From assembly GCF_009834535.1 (NCBI RefSeq), contig NC_045696.1, forward strand, positions 50,842,001-50,906,000: a DNA stretch of 64,000 nt, given 5' to 3'. The notes under the pieces are model-generated. The model was given only the letters and a program-made list of their open reading frames with translations. It was not told the origin of the DNA and did not search any database. The position numbers and the translations under genes are program-made. Origin of the DNA: Camelus ferus. Taxonomy: Eukaryota. Positions 38,417 to 53,400 of the stretch are shown in pieces (the first letter of the stretch is position 1; each line of letters begins with the position of its first letter).

Positions 38417-41400
38417 ACTCTTTCAAGAAGCATGGCTATAAAAGAAAGCAGAAATTAATTAGTAGCTAAAGGAAAATATTTATGATGGGAAATTCTAGGG
38501 CAACATTGTCCAACATAGTAGCTGCTGGTCATATGTGGCTATTCATACTCAAACTTAAATTAATTACAATTAAACAAAATATAAAATTCAGTTCCATCAT
38601 TCACAGTATCCACATTTCAAGTTCTCAGCAGCCCCATAAGGCAAATAGTGGCTACCATATTGAATGGAGTAGACATTGAACACTTTTATCATCAACAGAA
38701 AGCTCCATTGAACAGAGTTGTTCTAGAGCCTAACTGAACACTGATGAAGGGCCCTATCTCTCATCTCTGTCTGCATGTTCAGTTCAACAGAACAAGTCTT
38801 TACATGTGAGTATTCCAAACTGCTGAAAAATATAACAAAACTTCACCAATTCAGAATACATATTCAAAGATAGTTTTAGCTGCTGTAAAAGACATGTGCA
38901 GTATTATTTTCAGTGCAGTACCTGATGCTAACAAAATGATGTCTACAGCAGTCCCAGAATAACTTGCTTTAATGAACATTAAGTTTATTTGCAATCAGAG
39001 TAAACATATTTATTGTAATTATTTCTTTAAAAGAACTTCAAGCTATCTTACTATCACCAGTGGAAAATAATTTCCAGTATCTCATAAGAGATCATTAGAC
39101 AAGCTCATTAATATCATGCAAATATTTGAAAAATTACTTTAAGGAATGAAAATCTAACCTGAATAGAAATCAGAATTCAAATCATATTTTCTAAGTCTAA
39201 TCAGGGATTAAAATACTCTCTAGATCTCTAAAGAAGAAATATCAAATCATAGAACTGTTGTGCTGAAGGAACAGTAAAGAAAAAGGAAAAGCCTCTCATC
39301 TGAGAGACAAGAAAGTCCAGGAAGGGTAAGTATCTCAGCCCCGCGCTGCACAGCTAGTCACTGGATGGGCACGCCAAGACTCCCGCACTCCCGACCCTCA
39401 GCCTAGCACGGTCTCCCTGCACCACGCAGATCTGACAGACTCTACATGCGCGTTGTAAATGCCAAGACAAATTTTATGTAACAAAGATTTGTCATTTTCT
39501 TTAACCTCTTAAGGTCTCTCCATGTCCTCCTAGGGAAACAAAGTGCAGAAAATCTGACAAAATATTTATGTCCCAATGACAATAAAAATTATTCTCCTGT
39601 TCCCCTATATAGGAATATAAACACTCTTCTCTAAGAAATAAAAAATTAGGCAAATAAAGAATAAATCACATTTTTCTGAAAATGTGAAAGTCTAAGGTAG
39701 TTTTTTGATTAAAGAGCTCTTTTGAAAGTGAAATGAAAGCTACAGCTCCAGAATAATGCGCATGTGGACAAATAAATACAATTTTCCAAGCAATGAAGCA
39801 GTCTGTGGAGCATCTGAAGACCATCCATGAGCTCCAAGTTAAGAATCTCTGAGCTCAGGATTAACAATAAATTGTTTAAATTTGATTTAAAGCTATATAT
39901 GTGTTGCACAAGGGACTCTAAAGCTAATTTTAATTGTCCATTGACACTTCATTATAAAATTCCCTCAACTGACTAGGCTAAAAACTTTGATGAAAAAGAG
40001 GTTAATAACCAGATCTGACTTTCAAAATCCTCAAAGTTCCAGTTCCTACCTCTCCTTGGTTAAACTTTCTTTACTTTCTGGAGTAAAATCTCCTCTTGTT
40101 TCTTCCCACTTCCTATGTCCCTGGACCATAGGGACAGAGGGCATTCCCCTTACTCCACATTTTAATGCTGAGGACTTTGGTCCTTTGACCTGAGTTTACT
40201 TAATATTTACCATGTCTGATGGGACAGACACATACTAAAATTCATTGTCACATTTCACCATAGCTGTAACACCCATGAGATAAACAACCTAAAAAATCCT
40301 CCTTCAGCTTAAAGGTTATGTGTAATAATCAGTACCTTTTGGAATTCTGCTTTTCAGGTAACAATGAACACAATTATTACATTTATGAAGCATAAAAACA
40401 ACTGCCGTATAACTTGAGAAGAAGGCGGCTCACCATCCTGCAAAGGAGAGAATTCTGAGGTGCTCTTCTGTCGGGGCGGTGTTAGCAACACAGCCGGCTC
40501 AAATACACGTGCTGGAAAACTGCTGGCCAGATTCCCACTTCCTGGAGGGTTGGGCACCTGAGACAGTTTAACAGGCAAATCTTCCTGAGGGAATTCAGCC
40601 ACTTCATCCCCTCTGAACATCAACGGCATGGAGACATCAGCATTCACAACTGGACCCTCTGAAGAAGATGAAAGGCTGTTAGTACTTAAAGGAATTACGA
40701 GCACATGTCAGGTATTGGTACTTACGTGCATTTCCACGAAGGGCAAAATCACGTGGTCTCCAGAGCCTTCCTTTTCTAGTCCATATCCTCATTTAGCAGG
40801 AACCCACAGGAAAAGCTCCTGTGGGGCCAGCACTGGGAAGAAGTAGCCGGGTTTTGGTTTTCTGCTTTGTTTTTTTTTAATGGAGGGACTGGGGATTGAA
40901 CCCAGGACCTCGTTCATCGCTAAGCACGTGCTCTACCCGTGAGCTATCCTCCCACCCCCAGAAGCAGTTGTTTTTGAGAGAAGCGCAAGGGTCCCCTGCC
41001 CTTGAAGACCTACCCTAGCCATTGAGTTTATGTCAGGCAAGTGAAATTTTAGAGGCAGCCACTTCTTAGAGTCCGTAAGAAAACACTCCTAAACATATAA
41101 AACTCTTTCCACACAAAGACACTCATCAAAGTATTACTTAGAAGTAAAAAACATGAAAAATCCTATATGTCCTATTCAGCCTGTGGAATATGATGATGGC
41201 CCATGAGATGAAGAAAGGCTTTCAAAGCATTACCACAAATGAAGTAAAGTTATGAATTTCTGAAACTCTATTTTTCTCTTCCCAAGACCACCTCTTCTCC
41301 TCCTGAACCTGGGGCACCATAACGAAAGGTGCTGCACTAAATTCCGACATGTCTGGGAAGCTAGTTCTGCTACTTTCTATTTGTGTGACTTCAGTAAGTT

Positions 41401-44400
41401 ATTAACCTTCTCTCCTGCCTTAGTTTTCTCATCTAAAAAATGGGGATAACAAGGACACCTACCTCATAAGATTGAGTGCAGAACTTTTTGCAAATTAAGT
41501 GAAAGCTGCATTATAAGGATTAAACAAGATAATACATACAAAACACTGTAAAAGTACTTGGCATAGAGAAAGCGTCTGATAAATATTAGCTGAAATAGTA
41601 GTGGCCAATGTAACAGTGACAATGCTGTTTATGCATAAACAGCCAACGGCTACATATAAGTTTACAGTTTTGTTTACTCTGTAAGTTATTTTAATGCTAA
41701 TCTGAGATAATAAGATTATTCCACTCACCTGGACTGTCCATATTTCTTCTACTTGTGGCTCCCCTTTCTAATGCCTGACTTCCTTTGTTATTTATCACAG
41801 GACAGTTCTTAATGGCATGGGTGAGTGATATAAGTTGCTCATCTGTTGTGATCATGTACTGCTGAAGTCTCGCCTCAAGAAAAGAGAACAAAATAGTATT
41901 ACTGGCATATCAGACCCCAAATCATCACATAGATATGTATAATTATGTCATTGCTTCAAATACTCTTAGGAATTCAGACTTTCATTCAAATACTAAAATA
42001 ATGCTTTCATAAAAATACATAATTATAAATATTTATTAAATTCCATGATAGAGGAATGGTTAAATAAATGATGGAACATCATTAATTAATAAGTGCACTG
42101 CTACAATAAGAATTAACCCTTTCACAGGGCTTTCAATTTACAAAATCCCTTCACATAGATGATACCTACTGACTCTCGAGCTACCCCAAGAGTCAGATAC
42201 ATTAGAGGGAGGAGACTCAATACAATATTATACAGGCATTTAAACTGATAAACATGAGCATTATAAAAATTTATGGTAATGCATATAAAATAGTATTAAG
42301 AGAAAATATATACATATATATATATACATATATATATATATTAGTCGACACTTGAACAACGTGGAAGTTAGCAGTACCAACTCTCTGCTGTCAAAAATTC
42401 GTGCCTAACTTTATAGTTGGCCCTCTGCATCCAAGGTTCCACATCCACGGATTCACCCAACTGCAGACCGTGTAGTACCGTGGTACGTATTTATTGAAAA
42501 AAATCCACATGTAAGTGAACCAGCACAGTTCAAACTAGGTGCTGTTCAAGGGACAACTGTATATACATAAACAGACATATTTATCTCCAAGATGTACACA
42601 CATTTGATAAAAATCAGATGTGGTCAGAAATCAGAAATATTATTAGTATGACAGCTAAAGAAAGGCCATGAAACAGTTTTATATCAGCCAAATTTTCCCC
42701 AAATTCCACACTCATATACCCAATGGCCTACTTAACAACTCCATCTAGAACTCACACAGGCTTCTCAAACTCAAAATATACAAAAGCAAACCCCTCTGCA
42801 ACAGCCCCTCATCAACGACACTTGTCCCTCTAACTGCTCAGTCCAAAACTCTGATTCTTCTCTCTGGTCTTCTCCTTCACTTCACATCCAACCCATCAGC
42901 AAATCCTACTGGTTGACTTCAAAACATGTTCAGAATTTGGTCCCTTTTCACCACCTATTCCACTTCCAACCTAGAACCAAGCTGCCATAGTCTCACCTGA
43001 ATTATTCCAGTAACTCCTGTCTGTAATACTCTGCTTCTGTGTTTGACCACCTAAACTCTAGTCCTCCACTGCTCCCAGACTGCACCTGGGGGCACCAGAA
43101 TGGATCACAGGGGCACCACAGGACATTTTAAATCCTCAAGGGAAACACTGATGTTCAGGTACCAGTGAACTACTACTAGCTTGAAGCAGTTCACAGACTC
43201 CACATTAGATCGAGATACATTCCTTTTGATGGTGTCCTATCTTTGTGAAGCTGAGTTTTTAGTAGCTGCTGTGCCCAAAAGCATTAAAATGATTGTGGAG
43301 TAGGAAATAAGAGTGATGGTGTCCAATATGATTCCAAGTTTTGAGAAGCTGTACAATGCCCAACAGGTATCTGTGATCTCATTAGTGAACAATTATGGTT
43401 ATTTAATCATGAATAAAAATATGGCTTTTTCAATCACTTTACATGTATTATTTTTTTCACACAGCATCCAAGTTGTTAAGACGTAAGTACTTATTGAGTT
43501 GTTTGAACCTCACTACTTAATCAGTGAGACTGCTGGGTATTTCTTTGGCCCGGGGTGTTCTGAGACACTAAGGGCACCCTGAGCGGAGAAAGGGTGGTGA
43601 TCTCTGATCTAATCTCAACATAGCAGTCCACTGTTGTCCTCTTAAAACCTAAGTCAGATCACTCTCTTCTCTACCCAGAGCCCTTCAGGGGTTTCCCTTC
43701 TCACTGGGAACAAAAGCCCCAGTCCTTATCCAGCCTGCAGGGTCCCACATGGTCTGGCTTCCGGGCTCTTACCTCCTCCTACTCTCTGTCTCCCACAGTC
43801 CACTCTGGCCGCACTGGTCTCTTCCATGGCTCTGAGCTCAACAGCCACATTCCCACCTAAAGACCTTCACCCTTGCTGTTCCTCTGTCTCAAGTGCCCTT
43901 ACCCCAGCCATCAGCAGGCCGGCTCCCTCACCTCCTTCAAGCCTTTGCTCAAACGTCTCCTCCTCAGACAGATGTGGCCCATCTCACTTACACCTCCCCA
44001 CCCCAGACACTTCCTATACCTCCTACCTTTTTCTTTATAGTACACATAACCATCTAACTTACAATATACTTCACTTCTTTTTTTTAAGGATTTATTTAAA
44101 GTATAAGCTCCATGAGGGCCAGATTTCTTTTTCATTCATTACTGTACTTCTTGTACCTAGGACAGTGCCAGGCCCACAGTAAGTGCTCAGTAAAGATTTG
44201 TTGAACAAATTGATACACTTGAAAAGTGCCCACCTTCCCAAGAGAATTGAAAACATATGTTCACAAATACTTGCACATGAATGCTCACAGCAGCATTGTC
44301 CATTCATCGCACACAAAAAGAGGAAACAACTCAAATCTCCTTCAACTGATGCACAGATAAGCAAAGTGTGATAGAGCCAGATAAGGGAATATTACTGGGC

Positions 44401-47400
44401 AATAAAGAGGAATGCCATACTGACACTCACTACAGCACGGATGAACCCTGCAAACATGCTGAGTGAAAGAAGTCAGACACTAAAGACCACACACTGCATG
44501 ATTCTATTTACATAAAACATCCAGATTAGGCAAATCTATAAAAACATAAAGCAGATTTGTGGTTGCCAGGGGCTGAGGCAAGGAGAGAATGGAAAGTGAA
44601 TACTAATGAGTATAGGGTTTCTCTTTGGAGTGATGAAAATATTCTGGAGTTAGATAATGGTGCTGGTACCAAATTCTGTGAGTATACTAAAAAAAGCCAC
44701 TGAATTGCACCCTTTAAAAGGGTGAGTTAAATGGTATGTGAACTATACATCAATAAAAAAATGCATATTTTATATCTAATGTCCACTGACACAAACACAA
44801 CTTGTCTTCTAACTATTGATTTTCTAGTCTCTTTTGGCTGATAAATAAAAGTAATAATAACCACTATTTGACAAAAAGATGACTAAAGATACTAAAGATA
44901 CTATAAACATCTTTAAATGGTGTATGTTACAGGAGGGTTCCTCAAAGGGTATCCTCTGCTGTCCTGAAACTAAAAGTAACTATCATAACACTCATTTCAC
45001 ACTTTCAATAAACTCCTGTAATATTGGTAGTTATCATTTAAATGTAGACTCTGTCCTCCCCAATAAATATCAAGTTTCTTAAAGACAGTAGATTTATTCT
45101 GTACAGTATTTGTAGTGCACATTTCTACTATAGGACCTCCAATGTAATAAATGTTCAATAAAAGTTACTGTTGATGACAATAAAGAAGTGATAATCACAC
45201 CGGCACAACTAAACCAAAAGCCAACTGGAAGAGAATCTCATATATTCTTAAAGATGGTTTACACTACTAAACACAGAAAAATCTGGGATCTCATCTGAGT
45301 ACCTGGGTAGCAGTATTTTCTTCTCTCAGGAGAAGAATTTCAGCTGTCAGAGCATCAATGAGCTCTCGATGATCACCTAACACCTGTTCCAGTTGCTTCC
45401 TTGTCTCGACTTCTTTACGCAGCTGGAGCTCACTCTACAAAAAGAAAATCAAATAAACTCCCATCAACAGCATTGAATGTCAAAAACTAAAAGTTCCTAC
45501 TCAAGCTGTCAAACAAGGTAATACTTGCAAAGGATATATTACGTGACTGTAATGACTTAATATTTTTATTAAAAGGTTTATATTTCATTAAAATGTGCTG
45601 CTTTATCTCTTCCCTTCTTTAGATAGAACACAATGAACAGAATGGTATATAGAATTAAATGACTACAATTTCTGTAGAAGAGCATGGAGAGAAGTACATA
45701 TGCGTACTGCTTACGTATATGTAGGCCATCTCTAGGACACGCTGGTATCTGGTAATGTTAGTTGGTGACGAGGAAGCAAACAAGTTAAATGGAGGTTTGG
45801 GTGGGAATTAGATGTTTCATCATATACCCTTCTGTATCTTTGAATTTCATACCATGTAAGTGTATCACTAATTCAAAAACTAAGTTTGTTAAAAAATAAT
45901 TAAAAATTAAAAAAGCAAATTTAAATTATTTAGCTTTGTAAACCAAGTGATTAACTAAACAGTACCTGCTTTTTAAGCCTGTAATACCTTCCAAAAGCCA
46001 GAAGTACATTCCTAGAGATTCCTGACTTACAGGTGGAGGAGTGTTAAGACTTCCACAAGTCTGACAGTATAATAAATCTTTAAAAAGCAATTTTAGGAAG
46101 ACAGCGCCAGAGAAGTTGATACATGTGAATCAGGGTGGCGAATCAACTTTTTTTTAAATAATAAAATTTCCTTTCACATTTTTTGGTCATATTTGCTTAA
46201 CAAATTTAAATACATAAAAAATAAATAACAGTTTAAATAGATTTCTCAAAAAGATGTAATACATAACCAATTCTAATTCCATAGCATTCTGAGGACTGAT
46301 TATTATTCACAAATGAATTAATGAAATTATTCCTTTAACGACAATAAAATGTCTCCTACTTCCGACACTGCAGCAAAGCCCAAGTTACCAGTGATGCAGA
46401 TAACATGAAGAATTTTCCTAATCTATGTCTACAGACTACAGGCATGCCACTCTCCACACTGAACTGACGTGGGAGTAGCAAGGAGAGAAGAGCAGTAGAA
46501 CGAGGACATGGTTAGTACTTCTAATTAATCTGTCACTGTCAAACTGCAATATTGAGTATTAGCACAAGATATAATTTTATTTATAGCAGGCTTACCTTAT
46601 TAATTATATTTTACTAAAGCTCATATTAAAAGCAGCATCAGAGGGGAGGGTATAGCTCAGTGGCAGAGTGTATGCCTAGCATGCATGCGGACCTGGGTTC
46701 AATCCCCAGTACCTCCACTAAAAAGATAAACCTAATTACCTCCCACCAAAAAAATTTTTTAAATAAATAATAAAATAAAATAAAATCAACATCACTTATC
46801 TGATGTATCTGTATCAAGATGTTGAGGGGAATTAACAGGATAAACCTTTACTACAGATAATTCAGAGCTGAGGTCTTTTAAACAAAGCTATTCAAATACT
46901 TGGAGATTCCAATAACTCGAGTGTTGAGAGGAAAACCCCACCCATTTCTGCTAGCAGTCTGACAGAAGGGGAGACTGACAACCCCACGCCCTTACCTCTT
47001 TAAGGTACCGAACCAGGCGACAGAGGGAGCTCACGAGTGACAGGGTGAAGCCGGTGAGACCCTGACTGTTCTGGAGCCCCTGGACCTCGCGTCCTGTCCA
47101 CCGCTCGTATTCTTCCATTTCGTGTTCCACTTCGTGTATCATGTGTTTGAGGACATCCAGGCTGGAGTTACTGCTAGTTGGTAAATCCGTGGAGGCTGTG
47201 CTGGCTGATAACGTGCTACTCTTCTGCTTGGAAGGAGGTCTTTTTTTCACTGATAATGACAGAAGTCATTCTATGTTAAGACCAGGAAAAATTATACTAG
47301 AAAAACATTTGACTGTTGTTCACAATTTATAGAAAGCTTTTTAACAATAAAAATTATCATCATTTTCTCATTTAAAAAAACTATACTGTTCAAACCAGAC

Positions 47401-50400
47401 TTATGCTATCCATAATGAATGTATGAGAACCATCTTTCTAGAATTAAATGGAATAAAAGTAGACATTATTTGGCTACCATTCAACAAACTTACTTAGTAG
47501 AATCCAACAGGATGAGCTTAAGGGAAAAAACACGTACTAAGAAACTAAGACAGCTGTATCTAGTTACATGTTTAATAACTCATCTTTGTGAATGAAGGGG
47601 TGGAACCTTTATTTAACAGCTGTTTTTGCTTCCTGGAGTTCAGCACTTGCCCCACAGCATAGCTGGCATCTAGAGTCGTGGTAGACGCCTCAGGTGGAAG
47701 TCTGCTATGGATTCTCTTGACAGCATCGGGAGCATTCAGAGCAGCTAAAAGGAAGAGTATTTCCAAACGTATCTCAGGTGAACGACAACAAAAAGTCTTT
47801 TATGCATTTCAACTGACAGATCAATCAGTATTTTAATCAGGCTAAGACAATCAAAACTCAAGTAATGTTCCTTTAAAAATTACTGTGCTTCAGGAAGAAC
47901 ATAATAAAGCCAGCTACTCTCTAGGGAAAACAACACAAATGGGGACCAAACCTTTTCGGTCTCCTGGTGGAGAAGCAGATGATGGAGTTCCTGAAGATGT
48001 TGTTATTTGTGACTGTGTTGCTATTTTTTGCTGAATATCAGTCCATAGTTTATTAATCAACTCAGAATTATCTTCCTTTATTTGCTGGAGAAATCTATAA
48101 ATTATGCGACAACAAGCTACATTAGAATTCACAAGTGCTATCATTTAAACTGTTCAACTGCTTACATGTTTGGTCTGAAGAAACTTTAAATAATTCACAA
48201 TCAAAGAAAAATGTTTTGCTTTAACTTATAAGACAAAAAACTAAAACGCCAGTCTTCTCAGTGTTAGAAAGAACCATTTCATCTCCCTCTCAGTTTCTTA
48301 TCTATGTTGGCTCCTAAAGCAGGAGTGATTTGCCCTTTCTGAAGTTTTGCACTACAGGCTCCATCTTCTCCTCGCCTTGTCTAGAGGAATTACATGGCTT
48401 GGCCCCTTCTGGTTTATACAAAGGAGCTTGTCCTCAGAGCACAGGCTCTGCCTATCACTGAAGTAAAGTGACTGGAGCAGACTCTGCTCCTGTGCGTCGG
48501 GAGGCGGGGAGAGGGAATGAGAAGGAGAGCTGCAGTCTAGAGGGTTAGAGAGCTAAGCCTTTTGCTATAATCACCTTTATTATTGATAAAGCTGATATTT
48601 CAATCTGCAATTGTCTGATTTCTTTGTCTATTTCCCAACTGGACTGATAATTTAAAGGAGGTAGGGGGCCAAAAAGTGGAAACAACCCAAATGTCCACCA
48701 GCTGATGACTGGGTAAGTAAAATGTGCAATATCCATACAAAAGAATATTATTCAGCCATAAAAAGGAATAAAGTTCTAACAAGCTACAACATGGACGAAT
48801 CTTGAAAACATGTGAAAGACACCAGACACAAAAGACCACACATTGCATGATTCTATATATAGGAAATGTCCAGAATAGGCAAATCCATAGAGAGAAAAAA
48901 ATAGATTCATCTAATAGATTAGACAGGGCCGACAGGTTTGGGAAGAAATAGGGTTTGGCTGTTAAAGAGTATGGGGCTTCTTCTGGGGGTAATGAAAAAG
49001 TTCTGAAATTGACTACATTGCACACTCTGTGAATATACTAAAAATCTTTGAATATTATACTTCAGATGGGTAGATTGTATGACATGTGAACTATATATCA
49101 ATAAAACTGTTACAGGAAAAAAACAACAAAGACAACAAAGGAAAGGTGAAATCTTACTTAGGGGCTCCACAAACCTCAACCTAGAGGAGCTGCTTTCAAG
49201 CAGCCTGTGGACAGCACATCAAACATTAGCTGCTACAAAGTTTAGTTAGCAAAAGGTCTATAATGTGGTCCGTTCACATTATGGCCAGGTATCAAAACAT
49301 CAGACAGACACCTCTGTTAAGATAGTGTTAATTAACACTAAATCCAACCTTCAGGATAAATCCTAAGAAACATGTTGTAATGAGATTTCTATAGAAGCTG
49401 GGAAAATCCAAACCAGTTTAAGCTCACATTACTGTCTCTAATGTTTGTACTTTTAAGAGTCAGGTCAGGTGAAATAGCAAGAACAACAAAATAATACACA
49501 TCATCTATGGTAGGCTTAAGAATGGCCCTCCAAAAGATACCCATAACCTAATCCCTGGAACCTACGACTGTTACCTTAGCTGACTAAAAGGGGACTGAGC
49601 AGCTGTAATTAAGTTAAGGATCTTGAGTTAGGGAGAGGATCCTGGAGTATCCAGGTGGACCCTAAATGCAGCCACATGCATCCTTATAAAGGGGAGGGAA
49701 ATTCTGACAAATACAAGAGGAGAAGGTGATCTGAAAGTGGAGGCAGAAATTGGAGTGATGTTGACACAAGCCACCATCAGCCACCAGAAGCCAGAAGAAG
49801 TAAGGAATGGGTTTTACCTTAGAGTATCCAGAGGGAATGTGGCCCTACCAACACCTTCATTTCAGTCTAGTGAAACCAATTTAGGATTTCTGGCCTCCAG
49901 AACTGTGAGAGAATAAATTTCTGTTCTTTGAAGCTGCCAAGTTTGTGGCAATCTGTTACAAAGTCCCCCAAAATTAGTACAGTTTTTGGTACCTGGATAT
50001 GGGGTGCTGATGTAACAAACACCTAAAAATGTGAAGATAGCTTTGGAATTGGATAACGGGTAAAGCTGGAATAATTTTTAGGTGAATTTATGACAGAAAA
50101 AGCCTGAATGTCTTAAAATGACTATTGATATAAATACAAATGTTAAAGACTCTTCCAGTGAGGGCTCCAGAGGAAGTGAGCAGCATGGTAGAGAAAGCCA
50201 GTATCATCTCAGAAAATAACATATCACTATAAAGAGAATGTTGGTAGAAATGTGCATTTATCAAGAGATAAATTAAGAGAACTGTTAAGCAAAAAGGAAC
50301 CAGGACTTAGTTTGAGAAATTCTCATACACTCTAGATTACAAAAGATACTCAAAGCAGGAGTCACTGTTAGGAAAATATGCTCTGTAGAGAAGTGTATGG

Positions 50401-53400
50401 CTGGATAACCTTTTGCTACTTCTAAAAAGATTAGGCATATGACTCATGGACCCTCTCAATGATCTCAGCAGAAGCCAACAACAAAGATGGAACTATCCAC
50501 AAAAGCTCTATCGGGGACTTCTTATCTAATGACATGCTTTTCCATGACATACACAGGAGACCCATACGATCTTTTGAGAATGTTATACCAGCAGAAATAC
50601 TATTAGCTTGTACTGAAAGGGACAGAGATAGGATAAAATAAAGGAAGGGTGTCAAACTCCTAAAATTCTCCAGATAGAAAACAAGTCTATAAAATTACTC
50701 AGGGGCAAACATGGGCTTCAAGGAAAAGGAATAATGATTTCAAAGCCAGGGCTGCAGGTATAGAGACCAGATCCACAGGCACAGAGGTCAAAGTCAGAGC
50801 CACAGGCATAGAAGACAAAGCCATAGACCCAAAGGATGAAGTCTCAGAACAAAGAAGATTATTACCAGGCCTTGAAATATAATAGAAGTTGCCCTGCTGA
50901 GTTGGGACTGGTGACCCATTTCTTCCTTTGATTTTCTCTCTTTTAGGATAGAGATGTCTGTAATTATCCTATGTAATTATCCATCATTGTATTTTGAAAG
51001 CAGATAACTTGTTTTCCAGTTTTTTAGGATCATAATGGAGAGGAATATTGGCTCAGGGTGTATCACATCCAGAGTTTGACCTGTATCTCACTTAGATGAT
51101 CAGACTTGGTTTGAACTGATGTTTCGATGAGATTTTGAACTGGAGCTAATGCTGAGACTTCAGGGGATACTGGAATGGGGTGAATGTAAATTTTGCATGT
51201 GGGCCAGTGGGTGGACTGTGGTAGCCTAAATTATAGTCCTTGAAGATATGCCCATGCTCTAATCCCTGGAACCTGAAAATGGCCAAAAAGGGTCTTTGCA
51301 GATGTGATTAAGTTAAGGGACTTGAGATGGTGAGATTATATTGGGTGAGCCCTAAGTGCAATCATGTATATACTTATAAAAGAGAGGCAGATGTAGATTT
51401 TGATACACGTAGACACACACACAGAGGAGGTGATGTGAAGACAGAGGCACTGGGGTGATGCAGCCATTGATTCATAGCCAAGCTCCTTCCATTTTCACTG
51501 TTGACCACTTATGAGCACCAGATCTATTTTATGGCAGCATCAACTACAACAGTACTTTAATGACTTTATTTCATAGACAGCTTAGGAATATCAGCCCCTC
51601 TAATCCTTAGCATATAAACCCAAGCCTACTTGAAAGAGCAATTTTCCTTGTCCTTCAGTTTTTGCCAGGTGGGATTTCCTCCTCACATTCTTCCCGCCTT
51701 TTTCCCATAACAGACTCTAACACCACCCTTCCTCCTCCCTAGCCTGCACACAAAGGTCTACGGAGGGAGTAAGGCAGTGGTAAAGGTTACAGTAAGAGAA
51801 ATGCTTGCAGTCACTGCTTCCTCACCTGGAATGTGCTGACCCCCCAGAAATACCAACGACCTAGTAGAGGTTTTTGAGGATTGGGGTAAGAATTTATTTA
51901 TCACATATAACATTATTTCTATGAGAAATCAGTTCAGTGCTCACAGGAACTCACAGAATTCACAGAAATTTTCAAACCAGAAGGTACCTTAGAAATCATA
52001 TATTCTACACCCCTCATATTTTACAACTGAGGAAACAAACACCCACAGATTATCTGATCAGTAAGTAACCTTAGTTGCCAGATAAGTCTAATGCCTCTTC
52101 TAATACCTCATGCCCAGTATGTAACAAGTAGCACTGGAGACATAAAGTATTCAAAAGTTGGAAACTGGGCGGGGGGTGGGAAGAGATAGACTGGGATTTC
52201 AAAATTGTAGAATAGATAAACAAGATTATACTGTATAGCACAGGGAAATATCTACAAGATCTTATGGTAGCTCACAGAGAAAAAAATGCGACAATGAACA
52301 TATATATATGTTCATGTATAACTGAAAAATTGTGCTGTACACTGGAATTTGACACAACATTGTAAAATGATTATAAATCAATAAAAAAAGTTAAAAAAAA
52401 GAAAAAAAAAGTTGGAAATCGCCTATTTACCCAACTAATGAGATAAAATTAACCTTAACTAACCAAATAAAAAAATTACTTGATTCAAGTGTGAAGAATA
52501 GAAGCGATTCTGTACAAGATTAATTATATTTATGTTGGGAAAGAAAAAGATGACACATATTTCCAGATATCCCTAAGAAAATGGTGACCAGCTAAATCTG
52601 AATCATGCTATATGTCTCCTAAAACACTATAGAGTGAAACAAGAAAAGCAAACAAAACAGTAGATAACCCATAGCTCCTATGTTATTGAAAGACAGAGAG
52701 CACTACTAACTTCAAACCACCTGTAAGTAGAAAAATAAGCACCAAATTCCAGCAAACAGATTACCTGTGCTCCTGCTGGAAGCCTCTGCAAAGAATGGGG
52801 GCAGTTCAAAGTGACTGCGCAGAGAAAAGGAAAGCTGAGAGCCTAATGGTGGCAAAAATCACCTCTAGAAATAAAAGGTCCACTCTGAGAATGCAAATAC
52901 TTTAAAAACAACAGTAACAATCTGGGCAATCATAACACCACCAAGAAGTGTACAGAACCCAAGGTGGTAGTCTTGGAAAGGTATCACTTCTTAAGGAGAA
53001 CAGAGTGAACAGGAAAGGAGAGGCGCACTTTGAAGGGTGAGTCCTGAAGGGGAAAAGAAGTACAAGTCCTTCAAGACAAAAGGGAACCACAAAATTGGAG
53101 TATAAACAACTTTAACCCACCCATACTTTTAAAAAAAGAACAAATACACCCATTAAATAAACTGTGCTTCACTATAACTGAGAAGTCACTCAAACTCCAA
53201 ACCCTCTCCACAAAATGTAAAGTATAACAAAGGCAGTATATCAAAACAGAAAATTTAAATTGAAATATTGCAGCTGATGAAAATTCCTGCTCCCCACCTG
53301 TGAAAAAAAAGTAAAAAAAACTATAACATAATACTTCAAATGGAATAAAATATACTTAAAGAAGCACTTCTTCAATCAGAAATTCTGAAACTAAGACTAG

